A stretch of 64,000 nt of DNA, taken from NCBI GenBank assembly GCA_964247055.1, contig OZ176051.1, positions 14,942,001 to 15,006,000 of the forward strand, read 5' to 3'. Each line of letters begins with the position of its first letter. Position 1 is the stretch's first letter. Shown piece by piece: positions 48,715-61,789 of the stretch. The position numbers and the translations under genes are program-made. The notes below the pieces were generated by a model, which was not told the origin of the DNA, ran no database searches, and was given only the letters and a program-made list of their open reading frames with translations. The DNA comes from Paragordius varius (Eukaryota; Animalia; Nematomorpha).

Positions 48715-51600
48715 ATTATTATTATTATTATGATTATTACATTACATGTTTTCACTCGTGAGAGCGGTCATGTTATACAACCTGTCTCGCCATAGAACTC
48801 TATCTATGGCGTCCTCTGCATTAAGCTCGTATTCTGCTAGCTCTCTTTTTACTGTATCCATCCATTTCGTTTTAGGCCGCCCACGTCCTCGTTTTCCCTC
48901 AACTATATGACTATCTAATATTTTTGGAATATAATTAGAATCTTTCCTTTCAATGTGGCCGAACCAACGTAGCCTATTTTTTGACATTCTTTCCACTATT
49001 GGTTTAATATCTGTGCTCCCACGAATAAATCTATCAATTCTGTACTTTCTTGTTACACTACACATCATTCTGAGCATTTTCATTTCAGTCACGTTAAAAT
49101 GTCTTTCTTCGGATTTTTTGACACCCCACGTCTGTGAATTATACATCATTGAGGGCTGGACAACTGAACTGTAAATCTTACCTTTCACTCTAACATCAAT
49201 ATTTCGATCGCATAACACGCTCTAAATTTTCTTCCAATTTACCCAGCTTCTCTTTATTCTTATATTAATATCATCGGTCACCGAACCATCTGCACTTAAC
49301 ATAGCTCCCAAATATTTGAAACTTTCTTTACCCTTCAGAACCCAACTATCATCAACTTACATTTCATGTTGTGGACCTCCAAAAGTAATAAGTTCGGTTT
49401 TTGCTTTGTTTATTTTCAGACCATTGATCCAGCATAACCGATCTGTTTACCTCTCGCTTTATCTCAATTGAATCAGACAAGATGATTATGTCAACTGCAT
49501 ATACATTAAGTACCATCCTGAACTCACATTAACCACCTTGGCTACCTCGTCCATACAAATTATACAATAATGGGCTGAGTGATGAGCCTTGGTAGAATCC
49601 ATACTTTATTGAAAAGGGCTCTGATAAACCTTATGGGGTTTTAATTTTGGAGGTGTGGGATTCGTACATTATTTGTAACAACCTAATATAACTTTCTGGC
49701 ACCTTTTTACGACGGAGACTCCACCAAATAGTTTCTCTAAGAATCCTGTCAAACGCCTTCTCTATGTCAATTAAAACCCCGTGTAATTCTTTCTTTTTTT
49801 CGATGTGTTTTTCAATCAACCTCCTAACCGCATGTATAGGATCTACTGTTGACTTTCCTGGCATGAAACCAAATTGATTTCCTTCTATAGTTATCATTTT
49901 CCTGATTCGCTTTTCAATTATTTTTTCAAACAATTTCATGGTGTGCGACATTAGTTTTATCCCTCTATAGTTGCTACATTTATATCACCTTTTCCTTTAA
50001 TTAAAGGCACAGTTAAACTTTCTTTAAATTCAACCGGGATTTCATAAGTTGAAACAACTTAATTAAATACACGCTCCAAAAAATTTAATCCAGCGTTTCC
50101 AAGCACTTTCCAACAATTTATATTTATGTTGTCCGATCCTACAGCCTTGTTGTTTGGCATTTCTAACAAATCGGATTTTACTTCCTTTTGTGTATTTGCT
50201 TCTATTGGTTTATCAGTAGCTTCAACTATATTTGGAAAAAATATCTCGCCTACCCCTTCATCTAAACTCACAAAGTACTCTTTCCATCTTTTTAATATTT
50301 CTACATTTTCGCACAGCAAGTTTCTATTTTTTCCTTTTATTGCAGTCGCATAACCTGGCAAATCCATCCTGCGTTTGTTCCTTTGCTGCGCAACTTTATA
50401 CACTTTGACCTCGACTATTTAACTCATCATAAAATATATTCATTTTTTCTTTCTTAACCTTGCCGACTATTTTTTTCAATTTCTTATTTAAACTTTTATA
50501 CTTATCTCTATCATCATCATTCCTTGTATGTCTTCATTTGTCAAAAGCCTTACCTTTTTCTCGTGACATCAATATTATTCTTTCATCGTAAAGCCAAGCC
50601 TCTCTGTATACTTGAGATTTTCCGCCTTTTAATCTACAAACTAAAATTCCTCCCTTTTTGATTAACTGACTTACTTAATCCGACTCATCATTTAACCCAC
50701 CATCCTCGAATTACCGTATTTCTTTTATAAAAGCATGCTTTTTTTTCAGATTATTTCTCCCACTTTATAGTTTTTAATCTCTTTGATCAAGAAACAATTT
50801 GTTTTGACTTTTCTTTCACAAAAAATTTACAAATTATGTTGCGAACTAACCTCTAAGTTTGGCACGACCTTACAGTCTAAAACAAGCTTCAATAAGTCTC
50901 TTGGGACAAGTATAAAATCTATTTGAGATTTGTTTATGCCGCTTTTGTAAGTTACTAATGACTCTCTCTTTTTTCGAAAAACGTATTCGCTCTCGCCAAA
51001 TTGTGAGATTGTGCAAATCTAATCAAATTAATTCCTTCCTCGTTTCTTTCTCCGTAAGAATGTCCTCCGTGCCATATTTCAAAAGATTCCCTTATTGAAC
51101 CAAGATGACCATTAAAATCCCACATAAAAACTTGACTCTGAGCTGAGGGAGAGCGACTAATTTTTCATCTAGAGTCTCGTAAAATTCCTCCTTTTCTTGT
51201 TTTGGTAAACCTATTTGCGGGGCATATATACCGTTATGACCACGTTACCTACCAAAATATCTAAATTCATGATTCGGCTGTAGCGTCTAACCTCTTAAAC
51301 CTGATTGGACAATTTGGGATTAATGATAACTGCCACTCCATTTCGTCCGTCACTTTCACATAAGTAATATAATCGATAATTCTCTACCAAAGTCCTTGCT
51401 CCGTTTCCGCGGTAACGAGTCTCTTGTAATGCCAAAATATCAATATGTTTAACTTTCATTATTCTCACAATATCATTTAACTTACTTTTCAATGAACCAA
51501 CAAAACTAGCCAAACACAAGCATCCCCTTTTTCTTTGCATTCTGTATTATTGGTCACAACACCAAAACCGCGGCTGCCCAGGCCTGACCGGTTATTACTA
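48715..51600 (-). mobile_element. Near full-length decayed RTE-clade LINE (AP endonuclease plus RT)
   Basis: EN: DILALQETR, RNGVAVII. RT: SHTMKLFEKII, QFGFMPGKST, DIEKAFD, GFYQGSSLSP, YAVD (49490-49501). C-terminus RLRWFGHIER, GRGRPKTKW. (TAA)n 3' tail at about 48713-48740. Confidence 0.95.
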
Positions 51601-53555
51601 TACACATCAATATTCATTTGACAGCTTTCAACCAATAAAAATAATAAAATTGAAGGGTCGAACTAATTATGACAAATTGATAGATGTTAAAAAAAATCTA
51701 GGCTATAGGTAAAAACGTAAATTTTATTTCGCAATAAAAAATTTATAGCAAAATTTATGTAAAAAACAATATAAATCAGGGGTTTTTTTATGTGCCAAAG
51801 CGAAAATTAAAATAAAATTTTTTATTAAAATTAAATTAAAGAAACTGTGCTACAATACTTATCCAAGAATACAATCTATATATTTCAAGAGAATATTAAT
51901 AAGGCATATTATAGGAAAAGGCCAACGGTAAGTCCTACATCCAAAACAAAATGTGAATAGGTATGTTATAACAAAATTTAAAGTATAGGATAAGTGATAA
52001 AAGATAGAATTAAGTTTGAAAATAAATAGATAACAATAGATAATTATAATAATTGGTATAAATCATAATTTTGATATAAGATTAATTAGGAATTTTTCGA
52101 TTTTGAAGTTGCGTCTGGGTCAAACGCGCGCGTGTGTAAAAATTTATTATATTGGTAAAATTATTTTTGTATAATTAAAATTTAATTTTAAAAACTCATT
52201 TAGGCGCCCCTTTATAACGGCGCCCAGGGCATGATGCACCCCCTTGCCCCCCCCCTCGGTACGCCCCTGCATTTCGATTAAATAAAACAACAGCACAATT
52301 CGAATTAAAATTGAAAAAATCAAAGTGTATTCTTTTAAAGTTTTTTATAAAAAGTTCCACTATTTGATTCAATAAATACCCTTCACCCCCTGGCCTAAAT
52401 TTGAATTATTCAAAATTAATCGCATGGACTCGTCCAATTTTTAAAGTTTATATTATAATCGGCGAATTTTTATTTCGAACTCTTTAAAAAATGCATTATT
52501 TCTACGTGTATCAAATTATTATTTTGTTTCTTTGGTAAAAGCTTAAATTAAGAAACAAGTCATTTTAAAATTTTTATTTAAAGCTCACGGAGCCTAGTTT
52601 GTCTCGAAGCATATATACATTTTTTGTATAAATGATAAGGTATGAAAGATTACGTTCAATATTTTTAGAAACGTTTACTGTTAATTAAAATTCTATTGTA
52701 GTTGCTAAAAATATCTTATCATAATCTAAAAATAGGGAAGAATATTACATGTATAGTAGGGTATGTAACTAAAAATCGATAAAATTAAATTAATATTAAA
52801 AATATGCCACTTATTAAGTTTTTAATATATACTAATTTTGTCAGATAATAAATTTATGTGTGTATTAAATAAATATTATGGAGTCTCGGATTATTAAATT
52901 TTTATTGAAATATAAGTGGGTTATATTCATGTTTTATATATAGTTGTTCGACCCAAATTGTAAATGGGCAATCTTTACCTTTAATATTGTTATACTTGAG
53001 CTAAAATTAATTTTTGGTTATAATAATCTTAAATAAATGGAAATTAGAATCAGATCTAACTTCTCAGCGATATTCTTTTCTTTGGATTTTATAGCGTACA
53101 GGAAAATAAATGTATAAGAAAGTTAAGGGGAAATTATTAATTAGACAAAGCTTTTAAATTACATTTTATTAGCTTTATATTTATTGAAATCAAAATTTGC
53201 TGTATGATCGGGTTTCGGAGATATACCAGTGTTGACTCTAAAGAAACTGTTAAAATTATTATTTATGCTATATAGGAAAAGGAAATATAAAAAACAATTT
53301 CAAAATACTTTATTTACAAAAACTATCAAAAATTTAATCGTTTACTAAAAAGTAAATTTAAAAAAACGTATTATAACGGATATCTTGGGATTCGAACCGT
53401 ATGCGTTATAAACCTTAAAAATCACAATTATATTTTGACATGCAACACATTTGGCATAAGTAATTATACACATTTTATTTATAATGTAAGTTTACTTTTT
53501 TAATGTAATGTATCTATGAAATCTTCTGAGTATTTAAATGATATATCATAATTAC

Positions 53556-53845
53556 CTTAATCTCTTTGTCTGAATAATAACGTCATAATTTCCTGTCGGA
53601 GATACTGCGTTTGATGGAATGTTGGATGTTCGATAGGCCGCAATAGAACACCCAAATACATTCCCTATAACTCCAAGTCCAAAAAGAATATGGGATAATA
53701 TGCGATTCACGAATGCGAATTCGGTATTTGGATATTGGATCATATCGGTAAAATTTAAGCATACGCTTTTATTGTGACGCATCAAGTGCTCCTCAAATGG
53801 ACTAGAAGAAAACATTATTTCATAATCTTTTAGCGGATTAAACAT
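53556..53845 (-). CDS. First exon of a class A GPCR-like gene (N-terminus plus TM1)
   Basis: ATG at 53845, N-glycosylation-type motifs (NKS, NFT), TM1 ILSHILFGLGVIGNVFG, and a donor AG|GTAATT at 53556/53555. Downstream exons not identified. Confidence 0.55.
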
Positions 53846-54726
53846 ACATCAAAACTATTATACTGATAATTTTGCTTGCAGTTGATTGCAATTTTAATTA
53901 AATTTCAATTAAAATTTTATACCCAGTCATACTGAAGGTCTGAGAATATTAAACCTATAGATTAACTATTATTTGTTGTAGTGAATTAAATGTTGTCGTA
54001 TATCGGGAACAAACATATTCCTTTAAAAACTATTTATTAATCGCTCAAAGTTTGATATTTTAATAGATTTGGGAGTATGGCAAATTATCTTTAATTATTT
54101 TTGAGTTGTTTATTACTTTTGGAATGTAGAAATTTTATAATTTTAAAGTACTATAAATAATTTAATTGCTTTGAAATACACTAAATACTGAAAATTAATT
54201 TCAAAATATTGTGATAACATGATATTATTAAAGCTATTATACCAACTAAAATTTGGATTTATTTTAAATATTACTTGTTATAAATTTTAGGATTTACCCA
54301 AAAAGGTATATTGTTTTCATTTACCTATTATTATATTTAAGCGTAAAGGTCATACATTTTTTCCTAGCCATTGTGTATGATCGCACATGTTTTTAACTTT
54401 ATTTTTAGGTGATAGCTGTAATTTCACTCATTAAATTAATAAGTATTGAAAATTAATTATAATATATAAAGTATAAACAAATTAAAGCATGACGCACGCA
54501 AATTTAAAGGGAACATCATGTATCTCATAAAAAGGTTCGTTAAAGTTTGTATTTGGTTAATATTCTCAAAAAGTAATTTGTCAAAAGAATTAACTACAAC
54601 AATTTTTAAACTTATTTGAGGAAATATCCGTTTAAAAAAATATGTAATTTATGCCTATATGTTTTAAGGTTTTGAATAACCCTCATTTAATAGATCCACG
54701 TACGATTTTTAAGGAAAAAAATCATT

Positions 54727-55560
54727 AATAAATCCCCCGTCAATAGGTTCGCCGTTTTTTTGAATTAGGCCCCCAGTTTAGGCCTACCCCGTGTAAAAGA
54801 TGGGTTTGTTTGAAAACAGAAGTCCTCAAAAATCGTGTCTTTGAGACAATTTTCCGGAGAACGTGTTGGACCATTCGATTTCAAATATGATTTTTGTTTA
54901 ATTATTTTCGATTGCGCCGAACATAGTCGTCTCGCTTTTTTGATTTAGCCCCTATTTTTACCCGCTCCCCCCGTAAAATGCCATTTTTTTCAAAAAACAA
55001 AGTCCACAAAAATAATTTTTTGAATCTATTTTTCGCCGATGGTATGAGACCGTAAAAATCAATAAGGATTCTACGTATTCCCTGTTAAAAGGCAATAATT
55101 TTAGTCAAGCGTTTCTTTGATAATAGCTGCTGGGTAAGGAGCTACCCGCGAAAAACTGATCCCTCATGTGGCTTTGTGATCTGGTACCGGAAAACCGGTG
55201 GACCCATTCAAATCTTAATATCGAAAAATAATCATTAATGAATGCCCCGACAATAGCTTCGCCCTTTTTTTGAATTAGGCCCCCAGTTTAGGCCTACCCC
55301 GTGTAAAAAATGGGTTTGTTTGAAAACAGAAGTCCTCAAAAATCGTGTCTTTGAGACAATTTTCCGGAGAACGTGTTGGGCCATTCAATTTCAAATATGA
55401 TTTTTGTTTAGTTATTTTCGATTGCGCCGAACATATTCGTCTCGCCTTTTTAATTTAGGCCCTCTTTTTACCCGCTCCCCCCATAAAATGCCATTTTTTT
55501 CACAAAACTAAATCCACAAAAATAATTTTTAAACTATTTTTCGCCCAAGTAAACAATATA
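54727..55560. repeat. Unclassified dispersed repeat family, two tandem copies (period about 500 bp)
   Basis: gaattaggcccccagtttaggcctaccccgtgtaaaa at about 54762 and 55272, followed by long near-identical blocks. Confidence 0.85.
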
Positions 55561-55889
55561 TTAGTATGAATGCACCGTTTTGAAATTCCTATGAGATCAT
55601 AGCTATTAAATAATGTTTCAAAATAATTCATATATGTGGACCATTTTATTGTACCTTTTTTCAAATAGCCCCCATCCCTCCCCCAGTAGTCCAAAGGCCT
55701 CCTTGGGCTGCGTAGCAGGAGATTTACGCTAGTTTTATTATAAAATTTTATTGACTGGGAAAATGTTTCGATTGACTGTGAAATTTCGATTGCTTGAGAT
55801 AACGTTTCAACTGATTGGGCCATTTTTGAATGGATAAAAAAAGATGAATATACTCCGAAGAAAATATAAATATGAAATACTATTAACAT
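55500..55889 (-). other. 129-aa ORF of unknown function with short S/Q/E/T repeats
   Basis: ORF track shows MAQSVETLSQAIEISQSIETFSQSIK. Its 3' end runs into the dispersed repeat at about 55560. No family recognised. Confidence 0.25.
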
Positions 55890-57309
55890 TTAATATAGAT
55901 TAAATTAAAAAGTTACATTATGTATATTACCGAATTCGATAAAATATTTTATCTTTATATAATTATGTGTGTTTAGTTTAACAAAAAACTTATGTTCAAG
56001 TATAAAAATGATCGTTCACTAAGTTTTTTTACCTATTGTATAACGTATTTCCAAATAATAAATAAACACCTTTTTGGTTTAAAAATATCGTTAAAATGAG
56101 AAACAATATGATTTTATAAAATCGATATTATCCCAATGTGGCGGATTATACAGATAGTAGGGCCATACCCGGGGGTACTAAAACGCTAATAAATTTTTGT
56201 CTCTTGCTAGGGATACCTAAAGTAACTAGGTTATATATATAGTTTAGAGCTCTTTTTTCCTTTTTTATTAAAGGGTAAGGACTTAAATTGTCTAGGTTAT
56301 TTATAAACAAGCGCAAAATTGGATATTGATAAATAGTCTGATGAAATATAAATATTCGATAATATTTTGATTCAAGCTTTACGTTTAAACGAGTTACTTT
56401 GACTTTTGGCCGATCGTATCTATATCAAAAAATTCCAAAATCAATGCTCATTTTATTATATAAATATATAATAGATATGTTTGATGAAGATATTTCCTTC
56501 CAAAAACAAATACGTTGCCTAAGCAAAGTCTGCTTTTAGATAAGATGAAACCGTTTTTGATGTCCGACATAGTTTTCTATTATTGTGCAATTGACAATTT
56601 CCCCTTATATTAAGAAAACTAGCCCATGAAAATTAGAGACCATTGCAACACACACACCTCAAATTTGAATAAATAAGGCTTTGATTTATGTATAATTTAT
56701 AAATATTTTTTGAAAGGGAGCAGCTTTCATAAAAAATTATTTAATAATAAGCGTTAATTTTGCCTTTTTTTTCAAAATGCAATTAGCAGCAAATTAAAAC
56801 TATATTCTCAAATGACAAGTAAGGCTTAAAACCAAAAAACCATTAGACTGTTTACAATATATATATATATATATTCAAGTGCGCTGGGTATATTAAAATA
56901 ATTTTTACATTTTGATATAATTATGCTATTTATACCTCTAACTGAGCCTTTAAAACCAGCATATTTAAGAATTGATCTTACTAATACTAATATATATCCT
57001 ACACAATAAAATTTTGTGCCTGATAATTTATAATTTTATTCTTAAAGGTAAAATATAACATCTATGTTTACGAACTTTCAAATCGTATTTTAACCAATAT
57101 AATTTAAGATTCTGGCACAGGATATACAAAGAAAAAGCTAAAATGTTTCCGGTATATAGGTTTACTATATTATTATTGACTTTACAATAAGCCATTGTCT
57201 CAAAGGAATAATAATCGCATGAAAATTAAAAATTATTGATCTCATGTTTATGTTTTTTAATCAATAATTTTTAACCAAATATTAAATTCTCTCGTCCATA
57301 TATAATCAT

Positions 57310-58487
57310 ATGTTACCCGAATTTACCATCACTAAACCCGAGGAATTTGTTAAAACATTAAACATTACACAATGGATTAAAAAAGCCAAAGTTTCTGAAT
57401 GGCAAGAAATCGAAAGCGATTTGATAAGGATTCACGAAAATTTTCAGAAAATGCTAAGAATAACGGACCATATTGATGGTGAAAAATTGCTTAAAGATAT
57501 TGGCCATATTTTATCCCAAACAGACAAAGTATGCTTTTGAATATTGTAATAGCATCCGAACATTAATTTTTAACTAATTAATTTTATTACAACTGAGTAA
57601 GTGTGATACTTTATTTATTTTAATATATGTTAAGATGCATAAATTTATTGATAGTTTAACAAAAAAACACAAAATAAAAGCTTAAACGTTCGGGGTCAAT
57701 ATTACGGGTAAAAATTGGATCAAATTGGTCAATTTAGGCAAATTAAGTGACAGACTACGTAAATTCCCATTGATTATTATCATATTAATAATACTTATTA
57801 AAAACCTATGAAATATTTGACTTGACTTATTTTATTTAGTAATTTGATGATCGCAGCTTATGACCGCAAATAACTATACATTTATAGTGTGGACCGCTAT
57901 TCTAATGCCAACTTAAAGATGATTTCATTTTATATTATAGAGTTCCAAACAAAACCTCTTACATTTTGGCCTTAGGGATAGCAAAACTAGCATTGTGGAA
58001 ATTTTGATGGATTTTAACGTTAATAATACAACCGATAAGGTATTTGATTTTTTTCCAATTTTTTTTTTAAATAATAGGAGGGATTGACACCCATCCATTA
58101 TGCAGCTATATTTGGGAAAGAAGATGTGCTTAGGATGTTAATACAAAAAAATGCAGACGCTACCTCCAAGGGTGGGGTATGTTTTTTAAACCTGGTTTTG
58201 ATAAGTTATTAAATAACAAAATTGTTTATTGAACAAATACTCAAAGAGCCTGATTAAACAATAATTAGGAATTCGAAAGACTAGCCATACATTGTGCTTG
58301 CTGTCGTAATATTGGAGCCCAAAGTTTAGTAAAATTACTTCTGAAAATTTCTGGACCAAATTGTCACCTAATACCCGATGCAGAAGATTCGATTCCATTA
58401 TATTTAGCCACCGATAATAATAATCTAGTAGTATGTAAAGAATTGTTGGGTGCTCAAACTAAATTGCAATTGCGATATGCTAAAAAA
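57310..58487 (+). CDS. nompC: TRPN/NompC mechanosensitive channel, N-terminal exons 57310-57528, 57941-58039, 58078-58176, 58269-58487 (remainder not found in window)
   Basis: Four phase-0 GT-AG exons (219, 99, 99, 219 nt) with no stops. EWQEIESDL, RDSKTSIVE, KEDVLRMLI..SKGG and IPLYLA...CKELLGAQTKLQL match my recollection of Drosophila NompC (EWTPIETEL, KDNKTAIMD, REDVVKLLL..STGG, IPLLLA...CRELLAAQTAEQL). Confidence 0.85.
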
Positions 58488-58899
58488 GTAAATAATTATT
58501 TAAACTATAAATTTATGTCTACTTTTTAAAGCATTTTTTAATCTAAAATTTAGCCTAAATACATTAAATTTAACACTTATTTTCTACAAATTAAAAAATT
58601 AAGTATTTGAACGTTCATTAAGCATCTATAGCATCTTAATTATCGATTTTAGTTGTTTTTAATGTTTTCAATTTTTTAAATTAGTTAAAAACTTTATATA
58701 TGCTATAGGGCAGGGCTTCTTACACTATGGATAAAATTACAATTTAACAAAAAATGTTTTTTAGCTTTAAATTATTGTTATAAAGAAAAATAAGAATCAT
58801 CGCAGATAAATATATCATAAAATCTTCTGTTCGGAAAGACTGTTTATACCAGCTTTTCTATTCCGATTATAATCTATATATTTATAAAAATAAAAAATG

Positions 58900-59520
58900 C
58901 TGGCTTTGTGCTCTGTTTCCGGAAAACCGGTAGACCCATTCAAACCTAAATGTCAAAAAATATAATTATTAATAAATGCCCCGACATTATTATCGCCCTT
59001 TATTGAATTAAACTTCCAGTTCGGACCCACCCCGTGTAAAAAACGAGTTTTTTGAAAAGAGAAGTCCAGAAATATGTCTTTGAGAGAATTTTCCGTAAAA
59101 ATTGTTGGACCATTCGATTTCAAATATGATTATTTTTATTATTATCGATTGCGCCGAACCTAGCCAGCTTATATTTTTAATTTAGGCTCTCTTTTTACCC
59201 GTTTCCCCCGTAAAATGCCATTTTTTTCAAATAAACTAAATAATTTTTTGCTCAGGGTATGATACCGTTAAATTCACTGTGGATTTGTATTCTCTGTTAT
59301 AAGGTAAAATTTTAGCCTTGCGTTTTTTTAATACTGGTAAAAATTAAGGTCGGGTTTTTTAAGCCGTTAATTTGGGGCCTTTATACCCTAAAACGCCATC
59401 ATATAACGATTAGTGTTGTATTTTTTCGAATAACCCAGACGATGGTATCAAAGATGATTCCAAATATTTGCCCTATAAAGGCAAAGAATTTCTCAGCGCT
59501 TTTCCATATAGGTCTATGGG
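58900..59520. repeat. Unclassified dispersed repeat family, further copy nested in a hAT-like element
   Basis: Collinear with 43850-44800. Confidence 0.85.
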
Positions 59521-59952
59521 TAGGGGTCTACCGGTTTAAAACTGAGACGCCCCTCAAAGGCGTAGTTGTGGAGCTAATTAATAATTTAAGAAGCCACACT
59601 AGTTCACCTACACACACTTCTGGGGAATTTGTAAAAATTCTTTCCTTTAAAAAAGGACCACAAATGATTTACTTTTTATATCCCGATCCCAGCTAAGTGA
59701 ACACAATTTTAAAATAAAATTTTTAACCATAATTTTAAAACGAAAATCTCAAAATAAATCCAATGATAGTTGAATATTAACATTAAGGGACAGATTAAAT
59801 ATGGTCAATTTCGAGTCAATATTTCAGCCTATGCAAAAACCAGTAAAAGAATAATTAAAGACATTCTTTTTATTAAATATGTTGATTATTAATTTTTTAT
59901 CTCCATTAACTCTATTAATTGTACATTATTAAGAATAATTATCGGTGAGACT

Positions 59953-59984
59953 ACGCCACACCAAAGCGTGACAGGGCCAGCTAG
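59953..59984 (+). mobile_element. Helitron 3' terminus
   Basis: acgccacaccaaagcgtgacagggccagCTAG followed by T. Shares gcgtgacagggccagctag with 32810-32845. Confidence 0.7.
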
Positions 59985-60390
59985 TATCGTGTATAAATTT
60001 ACTATAAATCAGAAAATGTTATAGAAATTTATAAAAAATTTAGATTTATTTTTGTCAATCTCTCAAAACCGAAATAATCCTGATAAATATTATCAACAAA
60101 ATTTCTAAGTGTTAAAGAAACTATTTTTTTCTTTTATATTTGTCGGGGTTTAGAAACTCGCAATCATAAATGGGGTCGGGAACCACAAAAGTTTAAGAAG
60201 CCTTGCATTAGATTAACGATTTATCTTTATAAAAATTTGTTTTATAAAGGTCAATAATAAAAATATTAGCAGCCAACCTTTCTGATTAATCAAAATTTTA
60301 CCCTTGAAATCTAGCCAAAAACTCAATCAAACAAGCAACAAAGTGTTTTTGCATCATATATTAACATAATATTAAATGCATTAATTTATT

Positions 60391-60622
60391 TTAATTGATA
60401 AGTGATAAAATTACTAAAAATTGTGTTGAATTTGGTTCATCATCAGAATCATGGGCTTGTCGGAGTGCTGGTATCAGTAGAAATTCGCCCTGTACGAGGT
60501 TGGTTATTTGAAGGATTATTGCTTCTGTTTGGGGAATTGATAACATCAGCAACACAATCAATTGTATCAATTAGGCTTAGAAAAAGCATTAAGAGACCAA
60601 TAAGGCATTTCAGCAAATTCAT
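60391..60622 (-). pseudogene. Small signal-peptide gene of unknown family, paralogue 2 (57-aa ORF 60449-60622; homologous frame needs one base removed)
   Basis: MNLLKCLIGLLMLFLSLIDTIDC-VADVINS, then after a frameshift QTEAIILQITNLVQGEFLLIPALRQAHDSDDEP. Confidence 0.55.
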
Positions 60623-61789
60623 TTTAAATAATAAATGAATAACTATTAGTCAGTCTGTTTTACTAAAAAAATATTGTAAATTATATTAGAAAAATATCCT
60701 ATTTATAGGTTTTTATGGTATGTAAGCGAAAGGGCATACCTTATCGTATTTTATATTTTTATATAATGATATGCAAAAATAATAAATGTATTCCAGGAAA
60801 ACTAACTGTTTTGATAATGTGTGATATGAGATGTAGCGTCATACCAAACATAAAATTTAGTAAACGATTGTCAAAAGAGGATCGCATTGAATATATTAAA
60901 AGTCTTGTGAGGTATATTATAAAAATATTTTAGTTTTAGGGCTTATTTCTTGTTAAGGAAACATGCATTTATAATGAATGAGAAAACTGGCTAGCACGTT
61001 TTGATATCTAACTCATCCTATTAATTTAACACTGCTACTTATATCAGTAACGAATTTAATCTTAAATAATATGGATATAAATATATTGTTATATGACAAT
61101 AAATTACGTATAATATGTTCTCATATTATCGAGACTATAAATTTTTTATAATACAATTACTTAGGTAATCAGTGATGAGTATTAACTTTTAGGGCCTATT
61201 GCTTTCTAAGGACACATATATTTTATTTTAATATGCAATCATCTTGTTATGTTTTTATATATTAATCCTGTTCATAATACAAAAATTAAAATGTTTTAAA
61301 TATATTGAAGGTTTTAAGTTAATAACTATCTAATATAGGAAGGCATCAATGTTTTTTTGAGTAAAAACCCATATTAGCCATTAACACGCAAATAAATATA
61401 TTTTGAGATCGGTACGTTTAAGTCAGTAAAAATAAAGTAAAACTAAGAAACAAATATTTTTCTGGTATGACGGTAAATTTTATAAATATGATTTTAAAAT
61501 ATAATTTTTTCATGTCTTGATGGTAAACAAATATTCCTTATTTTGCGACACTACTATAAGTATATCACGAAAATTAAGGTTTAAAAATGATCCTTTTTTG
61601 AATATCTTATTTATACGTTTTGGCTTTATCTTTAATTGTAATTAACTTACATAATTCCTTATTTCGTTGACGGTGTAATTATACTGACAAAGAAACTAAA
61701 AAAGAAATATTTTTAAAGATAATTAATATGAAACTCATTATTTAAGGTCCAAAGGGAATAAGGATCTAACTGTTAATATATATGATTTC

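Larger units (their letters stand above)
48114..52269. mobile_element. hAT (Tip100-like) non-autonomous element expanded by nested foldback and LINE insertions
   Basis: TIRs cagtggcgtaccgag / ctcggtacgcccctg (14/15) with GC-rich ggcgccc subterminal motifs. No convincing 8-bp TSD. Confidence 0.6.
58711..60205. mobile_element. Buster-type hAT non-autonomous element in the TRPN intron
   Basis: TIRs cagggcttcttacac / gtttaagaagccttg (13/15). Flanking 8-mers ctaTAggg / catTAgat both fit nnnTAnnn but match only 4/8. Confidence 0.6.

Noticed and set aside
53387-53398. tRNA B-box GGTTCGAATCCC on the minus strand
   Set aside because: No A-box or cloverleaf. At most a SINE relic, and too short to call.
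56490-56575. RTE-like fragment (AKSAF / KMKPFL)
   Set aside because: Under 30 codons across a frameshift; insufficient.
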